DNA from: Felis catus
Lineage: Eukaryota
Direction of reading: 5' to 3'
Assembly: GCF_018350175.1 (NCBI RefSeq)
Contig: NC_058380.1
Coordinates: forward strand, 91,946,001-92,010,000
DNA length: 64,000 nucleotides
The position numbers and the translations under genes were made by a program. This document shows, piece after piece, positions 36,207 through 47,400 of this stretch; the first letter of the stretch is position 1, and each line of letters begins with the position of its first letter. A model generated the notes under the pieces. That model was not told where the DNA came from. It searched no databases and saw nothing but the letters and a program-made list of their open reading frames with translations.

Positions 36207-37194
36207 GTGAGGAGGGAGGACTGAGGGGTGGGAGCCCCCGGGGGAAGCACAGGCTGGGAGGAGGGAGGACTGAGGGATGGAAGCCCCCAGGGGGAGCACA
36301 GGCTGGGAGGAGGGAGGACTGCGGGGTGGGAGCCCCCAGTGGGAGCACAGACCAGGAGGAGGAAGGAATGGGAGGTGGTAGCCCCCAGGGGGAGTACAGG
36401 CCAGGAGAAAGGAGGACTGCAGGGTGGGAGCCCCCAGTGGGAGCACAGACCGGGAGGAGGGAGGACTGCAGGGTGGGAGCCCCCAGTGGGAGCACAGGCC
36501 AGGAGGAGGGAGGAATGGGAGGTGGTAGCCCCCAGGGGGAGTACAGGCCAGGAGGAGGGAGGACTGCAGGGTGGGAGCCCCCAGTGGGAGCACAGGCCGG
36601 GAGGAGGGAGGAATGGGAGGTGGGAGCCCCCAGTGGGAGCACGGACCGGGAGGAGGGAGGACTGGGAGGTGGGAGCCCCCAGTGGGAGCACGGGCTAGGA
36701 GGAGGGAGGACTGGGGGGTGGGAGCCCCAGGGGGAGCACAGGCCGGGAGGAGGGAGGAATGGGAGGTGGGAGCCCCCAGGGAAACACATGCCGGGAGGAG
36801 GGAGGACTGGGGGGTGGGAGCCCCCAGGGGGAGCACAGGCCAGGAGGAGGGAGGACTGAGAGGTGGGAGCCCCCAGGGGGAGCACAGGCTGGGAAGAGGG
36901 AGGACTGGGGGGTGGGAGCCCCCAGGGGGAGTACAGGCCAGGAGGAAGGAGGACTGCAGGGTGGGAGCCCCCAGTGGGAGCACAGACCGGGAGGAGGGAG
37001 GACTGCAGGGTGGGAGCCCCCAGTGGGAGCACAGACCGGGAGGAGGGAGGACAGCAGGGTGGGAGCCCCCAGTGGGAGCACAGACCGGGAAGAGGGAGGA
37101 CTGGGGGGTGGGAGCCCCCAGTGGGAGCACAGGCTGGGAGGAGGGAGGACTGCGAGGTGGGACCCCCAGGGGAGCACAGGTCGGGAGGAGGGAG
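36207..37194. repeat. G-rich minisatellite (VNTR), ~20 copies of a 49-bp unit
   Basis: Unit gggaggagggaggactgcagggtgggagcccccagtgggagcacagacc; anchor gaggagggagga recurs at 36209, 36258 ... 36454, 36503, 36552, 36601. Confidence 0.97.
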
Positions 37195-37476
37195 CCGAGC
37201 CCTGGGGTGACCCGACGCCTCCAGGAAGCCAGCAATGTAGGTAAACTGCTCTGACAGCACCCGCCCCCCGGGTCAGATGACACCCTTCACGCCCTTCAGA
37301 CACACGTGGGTGTCGGGAGGCCACGTCCTCCTGTGGGAGGCATTCTGGGTGCTCAGGGGCCCGGGCCAGACGGCAGGACTGGCCAGGGCAGCTGTCCAGA
37401 CAAGCAGCCTCTGGAGGACACATACAAGGAAGGGATGGGAGCTGCCCGGCCTCTCCCCGCTCTGGGCCCTGTGGTC

Positions 37477-40400
37477 ATGGTCCCCCAGAGAGGGCCACTC
37501 CTGCTGCTGGCCCTCAGCCTGGGCCTGGCTTGTGCCCAGCAGACGCTAGAAGAGGTGCCCGTACAGCCAGGCTTTAATGCCCAGAAGGTAACCGAGCCGG
37601 GTCGGGTCCCAGTTCGGCCCTGGGACGGGGATGAGGGTCCTGGTGTCTCGTGGTGGCACTCAACCAGCAGGAGCCGAGGAGAGAGGCCACGTGAGGGGCA
37701 GGGGTGTCCCCAGCCCAGGCCCAGCATCTGCTCAGGCCACCGGGCACCCAGCTGAGCACTGTCACCCTTGGGACGGGAAGGGACCTGCCCATTGCCCACC
37801 ACCGCGGGGGTCGTGGCTGGTGCTGGCTGGCAGGAGCAACCCCGGGCCTCAGTGGTGGCCCCAAGACAGTCCCCCCCCCCGCCCAGGTCCAGGGCAACAG
37901 AGGACGGAGCCTGGACCCCACACGGGAGGAGCTGAAGGGGGCAGGGAAGGGAGAGGCAGCAGGAAGGGGCCCAGGGGACCCAGAGGGCAGCCTGACAGGG
38001 AAGGGCATTTGCAACAGGGACGGGCCACTTGTCCCCCACGCTGACCCCCCCTTCCCGCACACCCGCAGGTGGAGGGGCGCTGGCTGACCATCCAGCTGGC
38101 CTCTAGCCGTGCACACCTGGTCTCCCCAGCCGACCCCCTGAAGCTCGGCCTCCATTCCATCTGGACCCGGGATGAGGATGTGACGTTCGTCTTGTTTTGG
38201 ACGTAAGCGTGGCCCCTGCAGCTCCTCACGGGGTGGTCTTCCCAGGGGCCTCCCAGGGGACAAGGACCAGGGGTTAGACCCGGAGGGACACGGGGCACCG
38301 AGCTGCAGGCTCGAGACCGTCCTGAGAGGTAGGAGGTTTCACCTCGGAAGCCCCCAAAGCTTTACGACAGGGGCCGTGGGGAGACACACGGGGCCCGGTC
38401 CTTGGCCGCCGGCGTCCCTTCCCGCCTTGTGAGCTGGAGGGGCCGGGGCAGCACCGCGGTCAGTTGGTCAGGAACATCTACGGCGGTGACGAGCCGTGCT
38501 GAACCCAGAGACACAACACTCTGCACTGGTGGCCTTGATGACAGTGAGAGCCACGTCCTTGCCTGCGCTGGGCCACAGACACCACGGCGCTGGCCTGTGC
38601 AGCCCCAGGGTCTGCTGGTACCCAGCCCACCCCCGCCCACCCCAGGTGAGAAAGGAAGACCGGGGGGAGGGGGGCAGGTCTTCGTGTGGAGCCCAGGTGA
38701 CCGGGGACGGCCAGGACCAGGCCACCCACCCAGAGACCTGAGGCTCCGAGCCGAGGACAGACAGGTGCAAGTCCTCCCGGGGGCTTTGGTTCCGTTCCAG
38801 AAACCAGGAAGCCCCTGGTTCCTCACTCCTACCCTCTAGCCCCGTCCAGGCACCTCAGGGGCCCACCCTCTTCCTCCCTGCTGGGTGACCCTCGGGAACC
38901 CAGGTAGCCGAGGGATTCAGGTGGACACCCGGGACCTCAGCCAGGGCGCCTCCGATGCCCCCGGGGGCAGAGCCCAAGCCGGCACCGTCCGGTGCCAGTA
39001 GACAGGGAGAGGCCGTGACCCCGGAACGCTCCCTCCTCTTTCCCCAGAGGAGAGGGCGTGTGCCAAGGAGTCAACGTCACCGTCCACCCGACTGGTCTCC
39101 AAGGCCAGTTCCAAGGCTCCTGTGAGTGGCCCAGGCCCCCGGCCAGGGTGCCGTGCTGGGCGAGGGGAGGGCAGGGGACGCCCGATGCCCTGCACCAGGG
39201 TCACGGGGGAAGCGCCGTGCCGGAGGGAGACGCCCTCCCGGTGCCCAGCGCTGCCCCGGGGGTGGGTCTGGGGGCGGAGGAGAGAGGGCTCACCTGTCAC
39301 CGCCCGGGGTCTCCCACAGGGGAGGGAGGCAATAGTATGCACGTCTGCTTCGTTGGCACCGACTACAGTAACCTCGTTCTTTACGTCCGCCTCGAGGACG
39401 CCGGCGAGGTCACCAGCCTGTGGGCGCTGCTGGGTAGGTGGTGGCTCTCCCCGACCCCGGGGCGTCTGCCGGGCCCCGTGCTTACTCCCGGCGGCTCCCT
39501 GGCCGCTCAGAGCTGCACCCCTGTGGGCGGCCCTCAGGTCGGGCATCCCTGCCCGCACCGCTCAATCCCTCAGGAATTCATCCAGCCCATCTCCCGCCTG
39601 CTTCGCCTGTGTCCTGGGAGCGGGGACACTGCACCAGAGCAGAAACCCTCCCCTGTCTTCGCCGGGGAGATAGCCTGTGAGCCTAAAAGCCACTGAGTCA
39701 CATCAGGCTCCAGAAAGTGGAAGTGCCACGTGCAGAAGACCGGGGGTCACGGGGGGAGGGTGTGGAGGGTGGGCTTCGTGGGGAGGGGGGCGCGCCTTGT
39801 CCTCCAGACCAGACGGAGGGGAGGGGCTGTCCCGGGGATGGGCCCCACCAGAGCCAGAGCCCAGGGGGTGGGCAGCGGGGAGGGGGCGGCCAGGTCCTGC
39901 AGGCAGCAGGCTGCGGGGCGAAGGGAGGACCCCCGGGGACCCTCCCCCGAGGGGCTAGGGCTGCACCTGGGCTGCCCAGGGTGGACCTGCTTTCGGAGGG
40001 GGGAGGCGGCCCAAGGCTAGACCGCGGCAACCAGCCAGACGGTAGGAGGAGGGGCGCCCTGAGAAAGGTCGGGGCCCGTGGGCTCTCGGCGTCCCCCCCA
40101 CCCGACCCTGTGATTCCAGCCAGAACGACGCCCGGGGACCCCACGTGGCTGGGGAAGTACCTGGAGTACATTAGGGAGCTCCGGCTGCACAAAGCCCCGG
40201 TCTTCAATCTCGATGGTGAGTGCGTGGACGCTTCCCCGACGCCAGGCCGCGTTGGGAGCATAAGACCAGGGCACAGAAAACCACGGCCAGCCTCTCCGGG
40301 GCCCATGTGGGCGGGCCTGCGCTGGGCGCCCTGTAACGTGGTGACCCGGGCACAATATCCGTCTCCATTCCGTGGGTTCAGACACTGAGGCTCAGAGAGG

Positions 40401-40904
40401 CTTAGAAATAAGGCCAAGGCCACACAGCAGGGCCCCTCACCCTCCCTTCCCTGTGCGTCATTCAGTCCATCGACAAACACAGGCCAGGCTGTTTGGGGGG
40501 CACGGTGCATGTAGATGGAATGAGACAGACACGTTGTCCAGCCCTTGTGCGGTTTCACAGGGACAGGGCAGCGGGGACAGGGCAGCGGGGACAGGGCAGT
40601 TCACTGATCTGCTGGGAAAAGAGAGCCCAGAGCAGGGGAGCACGGCCGAGCTGTGGGTCACCCACGAGGGGGGCTGGCTGAGGGGCAGGCGGGGTCGTGG
40701 AGTCTGGGGGTCAAAGTGAGGGCCCCGGGACCGTGGCAGGACGTGGCTGCCTTGGGTGCTGGATGGCAGAAGGCAAGGTGATCCCAGAGAGGGACGGGCT
40801 GCGAGCTGTGTTTGCATGATTTCGAAGTGGACGGACAAAGCCTCGGCGTATCCCCATCCTGTTCTCTTCCCTCCACAGCCCGGTGTCCCCCAGCTGAAGC
40901 CTAG
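37477..40904 (+). CDS. Unnamed secreted lipocalin, 184 aa, intact
   Basis: Exons 37477-37587, 38069-38202, 39048-39121, 39320-39433, 40120-40215, 40879-40904 (555 bp, all GT-AG, phases 0/2/1/1/1). MVPQRGPLLLLALSLGLACA-QQTLEEVPVQPGFNAQKVEGRWLTIQLASSRAHLVSPADPLKLGLHSIWTRDEDVTFVLFWTGEGVCQGVNVTVHPTGLQGQFQGSWEGGNSMHVCFVGTDYSNLVLYVRLEDAGEVTSLWALLARTTPGDPTWLGKYLEYIRELRLHKAPVFNLDARCPPAEA. Signal peptide plus GxW, TDY and LxR motifs. Confidence 0.9.
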
Positions 40905-43253
40905 GTCAGGGCCGCCCGAGGCTTCCTGTCCGGCCCTCCTGCCCCCTGCCCTCGCCTCTCCCCGCTTCCCCCACCTTGCTTGCTCCGGTGCCTCCCAACC
41001 CCCCCAGGCAGCCCCTCCAGCCTGGGCCTGGCCCCCACCTGTCCGCCTCCCAGCCTCTCCCGGCCCGGCCCAGGGGCGTGAGAACGCTCTAGGAGGGGAC
41101 AGGTGGCCCCCGGAAGTCTGGGCCACAGCGAACACAGCACTGCAGTCTGGCGGATGGGGCCACCCGTGGAGTCCTTTCATGGACACGACCCTGCGAGGGG
41201 CTGGACTGTACCCTCTGACCTGCTCCCGCCACCTGGGTCCTGCTAGGATGACTCCAGAGAGGTGCCCTGGGCCCCGTGAGCCGATGCAACGAGTCCCCGC
41301 CCAGGTCAGAGGGCGCCGAGTGAGCGCAGCACCAGTCCGTGCTCCCCAGAGGAGCCAGGTCAACACAGGCCCGTGCGCCTGCGCCACAGATGAGACATGC
41401 CGGCGCCGTCCCCTGGAAGTCAAGGCCACTACGAGGGCAGTGCCCGGACGGAAGGCGTCCCCCTCTGCCCAGGTGAGCCGGGGACCACCCGCTGCAGGGC
41501 AGGCTCTCAGGAAACGGGGTCAGGGGCCTCCATAGTTACCGTCCGGAAATGCCAGAGACAGGTATGACCGGATCCCGCCCCAGACACGCCCTGGGCAAAG
41601 ACAGGGCCTCCCAGACCCACGCCTCGCAGCAAGGCAACATCCACGGCCACGTGAGGCCGGCACGACGCCGAGCTGGCCGCCGGTGCGGATGTCTGGCTGT
41701 GGCTCCCTCAGCCCCTGGAGACGAACAGGTGCTCAAACACGATGCTTTCCTGCCCATTCGGCAAGAAATCTGCAGAACGTACGGGGAGAAAAAAAATTTT
41801 AAATCCTTACTCTGGGACGCTGAAAAACGACTTGAGTAAATGGATATGGGATATTCCCGCAGAGTCCTTCAACGTCATAAATATCTAATAATCTTCAAAT
41901 TAACCTATCTATCCGAGCAATCCAGTCAACGTTCCAGTGGGATCCTTACCCCAAACTGCAAACCAGAATCTAAAAGGAACAAAAGTTTTGAAATGTTTGT
42001 CAGAGGAGTCATGCAAATACTGTGTTATTCTAACAAAATATGAACGTACAGCGATTCCAATTGTGGGGAGTTAGCTCAGGGACAGAAAGAAAGATCAAGA
42101 AACGAACCCTAACAAGTATAATAACTCAATGTGGTGTACAGAGGGCCTGTCTTAAGGGGCATTATTTATTCAACAAACATTGTTGGGGGAAGTGGCCAAG
42201 ATATTTAGAGAAAAAAAAAAAGTTTTGATATCTAACTCTTTGCATTATCTCAAAATAATTCCTGATTGATTCCAAATAAGCAAGAAACCTTGAGAGTTCT
42301 ACACTGTGTGGAGGAATGGGATGGAACCCCACCCCATGCATCCTACCCTACGGATGGGATGGGATGAGATCCTACCCCACACATAGTAAGGGAAAAGATG
42401 GTAATTATGTTTTCGGCGCATCGAAACCATCCTCGCCAAAATTACGCATCAACCTGAACTCAATGTCGTCGACAAGCTCGATAAAGGGTTCACGTCCCAT
42501 CTGCGAAGATATGTATCCAAGCCTGTGACCGGGGCCCCTATGTGAGAAAAGTGGCACACACACACAGACAGCCCGTCCCTACGGCATAAAAGGAGCTTTG
42601 ACATCATAAGGATCCCAGAGAAAGATACGCTATTTTTACTTACCAAATCGGCAAGATTCCATTTTTTCCACAGCTGAGTCAGCGCCCACTGTGTGGGGGT
42701 GCTCGCGCTTGCTCGGAGAGATGGCCCTGGCCTTTGCGTCCTGTGGACAGACCTGCTCTTGGGCCCGAAACTTTGAGGCATGAACACGTTCACCTGCCCT
42801 TGTCCCAGAGAAGCCAAGGAACTCACGGTGTCTCCAATGCCGTGATTTCATCAGAGGGAGAAGGTTAGAGCCCCTCCAGTAAGACCCCCGGCCTTGCCCA
42901 CCGGTCGGGGAAACGCTTCTGTTTGCTCGAGTCAGGTACTGAACCGCACGGCCCCCTCTCAGGCCTGACCTGAGATCGCTAACGCTAAGCGTCGCGCATG
43001 TGGGGCTTGTGGCTCACAGAACATCTCTTTTCTCCGTTTGGAGACATTCACAGAGTTCTGTGTGAGAGCCACTCGGTGAAACCCAGGAGTGGGTGTGGCA
43101 GGATGCGGTCGAAGGGGCACGGACGGGGCTTGGCCCCAGGTGGACTCGGGGACGAGCCGGCAGCCTCGTGCCTGCCTTCCCGGCCCCCCGCTTCTACTCC
43201 GGGGACCGATCCTCAGGATTTCGGTGTTTTATTTGCCATTGGGGGAACCCTCA

Positions 43254-43603
43254 CTGTATGGCTCACCGGCCGTCACACGGACCCACATTCTGGAGGCTCA
43301 AACCTCAGACGCGTATCCCGCGCGTCCTAGAGGCTGGAGTCCGAGATCCAGGCGGGGCGGGGCTGCTACCTCCCGAGGCGTCCCTCCTGGCGTGCAGACG
43401 GCCGTCTTCTCCTGTGTCCTCACACGGTCGCCCCTCTGTGTGTGCGTGTCCCGATCTCCTGTCTCAAAAGGTCAGGGCCCACCTCGTGGCTTCACCGTAA
43501 CCTCATCACCTCTGTGAAGACCTCGTCTCCAGGTCGTCATGTGCTGGGGTGCTGGGGTCAGGGCCTCCACGTGCGAACTGGGGGACACAATTCAGGCCTG
43601 ACG
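43254..43603 (-). mobile_element. MaLR solo LTR (MLT1A-like)
   Basis: ggaggctggagtccgagatc, gcagacggccgtcttctc and gggggacacaattcag motifs. Confidence 0.7.
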
Positions 43604-43935
43604 CTATCTAACCCTCTTTGTTGTCCCATAAAGAAAAGCTTTGGGCCCTCCAGCCCTCGTAGGGACTCTCTAAGCCCTCCCTGCCCTAAACATACAGTGG
43701 TCTCTTCCACGATGGCATGCCACCACCCACGGGGGCAGTTCCCCCTCCAGAGCCACCCATGTCCCCCTCCAGAGCCGCCCACGTCCCCCTCCTCGCTTTT
43801 AGCACTCCTGGCTACGGAGGCACATGCATATTCTGTGAGCTGATGAATGTTTCCTCTGTATTTTAACCCTTTGCCCTTTGGGGTATGTATGTCTTTTTCT
43901 GGACTACAATCTTTCTCCATTTAAAAAATCATTTT

Positions 43936-44096
43936 GGGGCACCTGGGTGGCTCAGTCGGCTAAGCATCCGACTCTTGATTCGGTTCAGGTCATGAACTTG
44001 CAGTCTGTGAGTTTGAGCCCCGCATCAGGCTCTGCTGACAATGAGGACCCTGCTTGGGATTCTGTCTCTCCTTCGCTCTCTGCCCCTCCCCTGACT

Positions 44097-44139
<43 letters not shown>

Positions 44140-44165
44140 ATGAATAAACTTAAAAAAAAAAATAA
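43936..44165 (+). mobile_element. Can-SINE with expanded (TC)n
   Basis: Full body, (TC)n at ~44099-44136, A-tail. Confidence 0.92.
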
Positions 44166-44251
44166 ATCACTGTATGCCTCAGAAATGACGTCCCGGCTCT
44201 CTACAGTACATGGGTCCCAACGTCACTGTGAGTAGACATTAAATAATCATT

Positions 44252-44257
44252 TTTATT
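44252..44257 (-). terminator. Polyadenylation signal of GLT6D1
   Basis: tttatt on + strand, ~155 bp past the stop codon. Confidence 0.75.
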
Positions 44258-44412
44258 CTTTATCCTGCACGGGCCAAACTGGACAGTTCCAAACGGCAAG
44301 GAGAAACATTTCCCTTGGGTGGTGTGCACGCGCCAGCCCCAGAAGCCAGGAAAGCGTCAGGACGCCCATGACCCCGGGAACCCGCCGCCGGGCGTTCGCA
44401 GGAGCCGGCGGG

Positions 44413-47400
44413 TCAGAAGTACCGGCGGGAGAGCCGCGTGGCCTTGACCGACCAGACCTGTGGGGGGGGCCGGAGTGCAGCGTTCCAGCTGTATTCGGGA
44501 GACAGCAGCTTGGTGGGCTTGTGCGTGAAAAAATACTTGTTCAGGTGCCTCTCGTAGGTGCTGTTCAGCCCATTCTTGTGGTCGTGAGTGACCCCTTGCA
44601 GGTAACCTTCGATGAGGGTTAAGACCTCCAGGGGCCTGCCACCAATGACCGAGCCGTCATAGTAGAAGTCCCCCTGCCCAAACGGGATGCACGCTGCCAA
44701 TTTGGGCCTCCTCTCGTAAGGGATGTCCTTGTTTTTAAAATACCACCAGGCATGGAGCTGAGCCACGGACGCGCCCAGGGTCTCCACCCCAAAGTCGTTC
44801 TGGAAGACCCTGTTGACGGTCATGCTGAACAGAAAGTCGACTTCGTCCTCAATGTGCCCTAGTATGTGCTCGGCCAGGGAACTCATGCGTGTGAGGTGAA
44901 AGTCACCCCACCGGTCTCCTTTGATGGGGAGGACCTTGAAAGTTCGGAGAGGATCTGGCTCCAGGTCCGGCAGCCTGGGCAAGGCGTCCACCATGATGTA
45001 AAAGACAACTCTGTAGCCGCTCATGAAGTGCTTATTCGCCGATCGCATGAATAGCTCCAGGTACTGGTCCGCAGTCCTGCAAAACACACACGCGCACGGA
45101 GGAAGCCGCGCCCCGAACGCTCGCGAGAGATCAACGCGCGTCCCCAAACGTCTAACTTAGGAGTCACCGACGCTCCAGGACCCCCAGCAGGAAAGGGGAG
45201 ACAGGCCCGGTCTATAGTTTCGACGGCACTGGTCAGTGAGAAAGACATATTGACCTGGAGGGTCTGGGAAAAAGGCCTTTAAAGTTTTGGAACGACTGTT
45301 GGGAAGAAAGAAAATGTGAACTCCATGGTATCTGTAAAAAGGCAGCCAAGTGGCTTTAACGACCCAGCTAAGGAAGGAGTCTTTGTTTTTGTTCAGGACA
45401 GCCACATACGGTGGTTGTGGGCAGCTACGGGCAGCCTTTTGGAGGTAGAAGGTCCCGGGCACTCATTCATATATTTTTTTTTTTTTTCAGAATAAAACGG
45501 GGCAAACCGATGGCCCCTACCTGCCAGTAGCAAGGACAGCCAAGCCTATGGTGAGGTTCTGTCTCCCGTAGTATCTCCCCAGGACCTGTCTATTGAAGGT
45601 GCCTTCCCATATGACTGGGGCCAGCCAGTCTGTGATTGTTACAACATCAGGGCGTTTCCTGTTAACAGACGAGAAGCCAGTGAAGCCGGTGCCCCAGCGG
45701 AGGCCGTCCAAGCGACACCGGCTGACGCCTACAGAGCCCTTACCATGTGCCGGGCACTGTGTTGGTGTTCATTCGGTCCTTGCAGTGGTCTGTGCGGGAA
45801 GCACAATTATGGTCCTTGTTCTTGGTGTGCAGAAACAGAGGCACAGATCAGTGGAGCGAGCTGCCTAATACCGCAGAGCTGACACATGTGGGTCAGTATG
45901 CGAGACCCAGCACCTGCTGCTTTTGTCACCACGCCACCTGCCTCTGGGCCCAGGGGCAACCTCTTCTGAGCTCCGGCTCAGCTGAACGGAGGCAGCTCAG
46001 AGTCAGAACGCCCTCTGGTATCGCCTGAAGCCAGGGCTGCACGCACACTACCTCTGCGTCCCTATGCTTTATCTTCCCTTCCTCCTCTTTTTCTCTCCCT
46101 CCCCTTTCCCTAGAAGATCCAGAAGGTGCTTTCTCTAAACTTCCCCCTCTTGCATTAGGTCCATTAGTGCAATCTGGCAGAAATAAAAAGTCTAAAAAGG
46201 AGAGAGACGTTAGATGTGCTTTCAATAACAGCACTTAAAGCATGCAAAGCTGGTTCAATATGTGAAAATCGTTTGATGCACCTGCCATAGCAGGAAATTA
46301 AAGAACAGTCGGATGCCCATACCAGTTGACGCAGAAAAAAACATTATACAAAGTCCAACACCCATTCATGACGAAAAAAAAAAAAGAAAGAAAAGAAAGA
46401 AATGAAAAACTCCCAGAAAAAAATAGAAATAGAGGGGAATTACCTTAACTTGATCAAGAGCATCTACAAAATTCCTGTGGCTAACGTCATACTCGACGGT
46501 GCAAGACTGAATGCTTTCTCACTAAACCTGGGAATGAGGCAGGGATGTTCCCTCTCACCAGCTCATTGTCAGCAGAGTTATGTGAATTCTAGCCATTGCA
46601 ATAAGGTAGGAAAAGGAAATAAAAGCACCAGACTAGAAAGGAGAAGATAATAACATCCCTATATGCAGATGATTTGTTTACATATAAAATCCTACAAAAT
46701 CTACCCAAATCTCCTAGAACTAACAAGTGAAGTCAGCAAGGTTACAGGACACAAGATCAGCACACACACAGAATGAATCCATTTCCGTATACTAACAAGG
46801 AACACGCAGGAACTAAAATTAAAAACACAATGCTATTTGCAGTTGCCTCCAAAAAAAAAAAAAGAAATATTTCGATACACCACTGTACCCACCAGAAGTC
46901 CCTGCCCATTCCCCCCGCTTCCTGTAACCCACGGCAATAACTAATCCATGGTCTGTCTGTGTAGATTTGCTTATACTGGGAATTTCATACAAATAGAATC
47001 ATGCCGCGTGTGGTCTTTGGTGCCTGGCTTCTTTCGCTTAGCCTGCTCGTGGGGAGGTTCTGTATTGTAGCATGGATCAGTAGTTCCTTTCTTTTGTGGC
47101 TAATGATATTCTGTGGCTTGGATTTTGTTTATTCACTTGTCAGTCGATGGACGTTTTAGTGGTCTGCATTTTCCGGCGACTATCAATGGTACCGCTATGA
47201 ACGTTTCTATGCAAGACTTTCTGTAAACATACTTTTTTTTTTTTTAATTCTCTTGGGTGTGTACCTAGAGGGGAAATTTCTGGGTCATATTGTAATTTCA
47301 CGGCTAACTTTTTTAAGAACTGCCAAACGTTTCCAAGCAGCTGCATCATTTTACGTTCCCACCAGCAGTTCGCAAGAGTTCCAAACTCGCTGCTTTCTCA

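Noticed and set aside
36207-37194. CRISPR-like appearance of regular repeats
   Set aside because: Head-to-tail tandem units with no unique spacers, no cas genes, and mammalian context.
36134-37423. Long ORFs (377, 367, 242, 241 aa) on both strands
   Set aside because: They are translations of the stop-poor 49-bp VNTR; the unit is not a multiple of 3 and the products are low-complexity.
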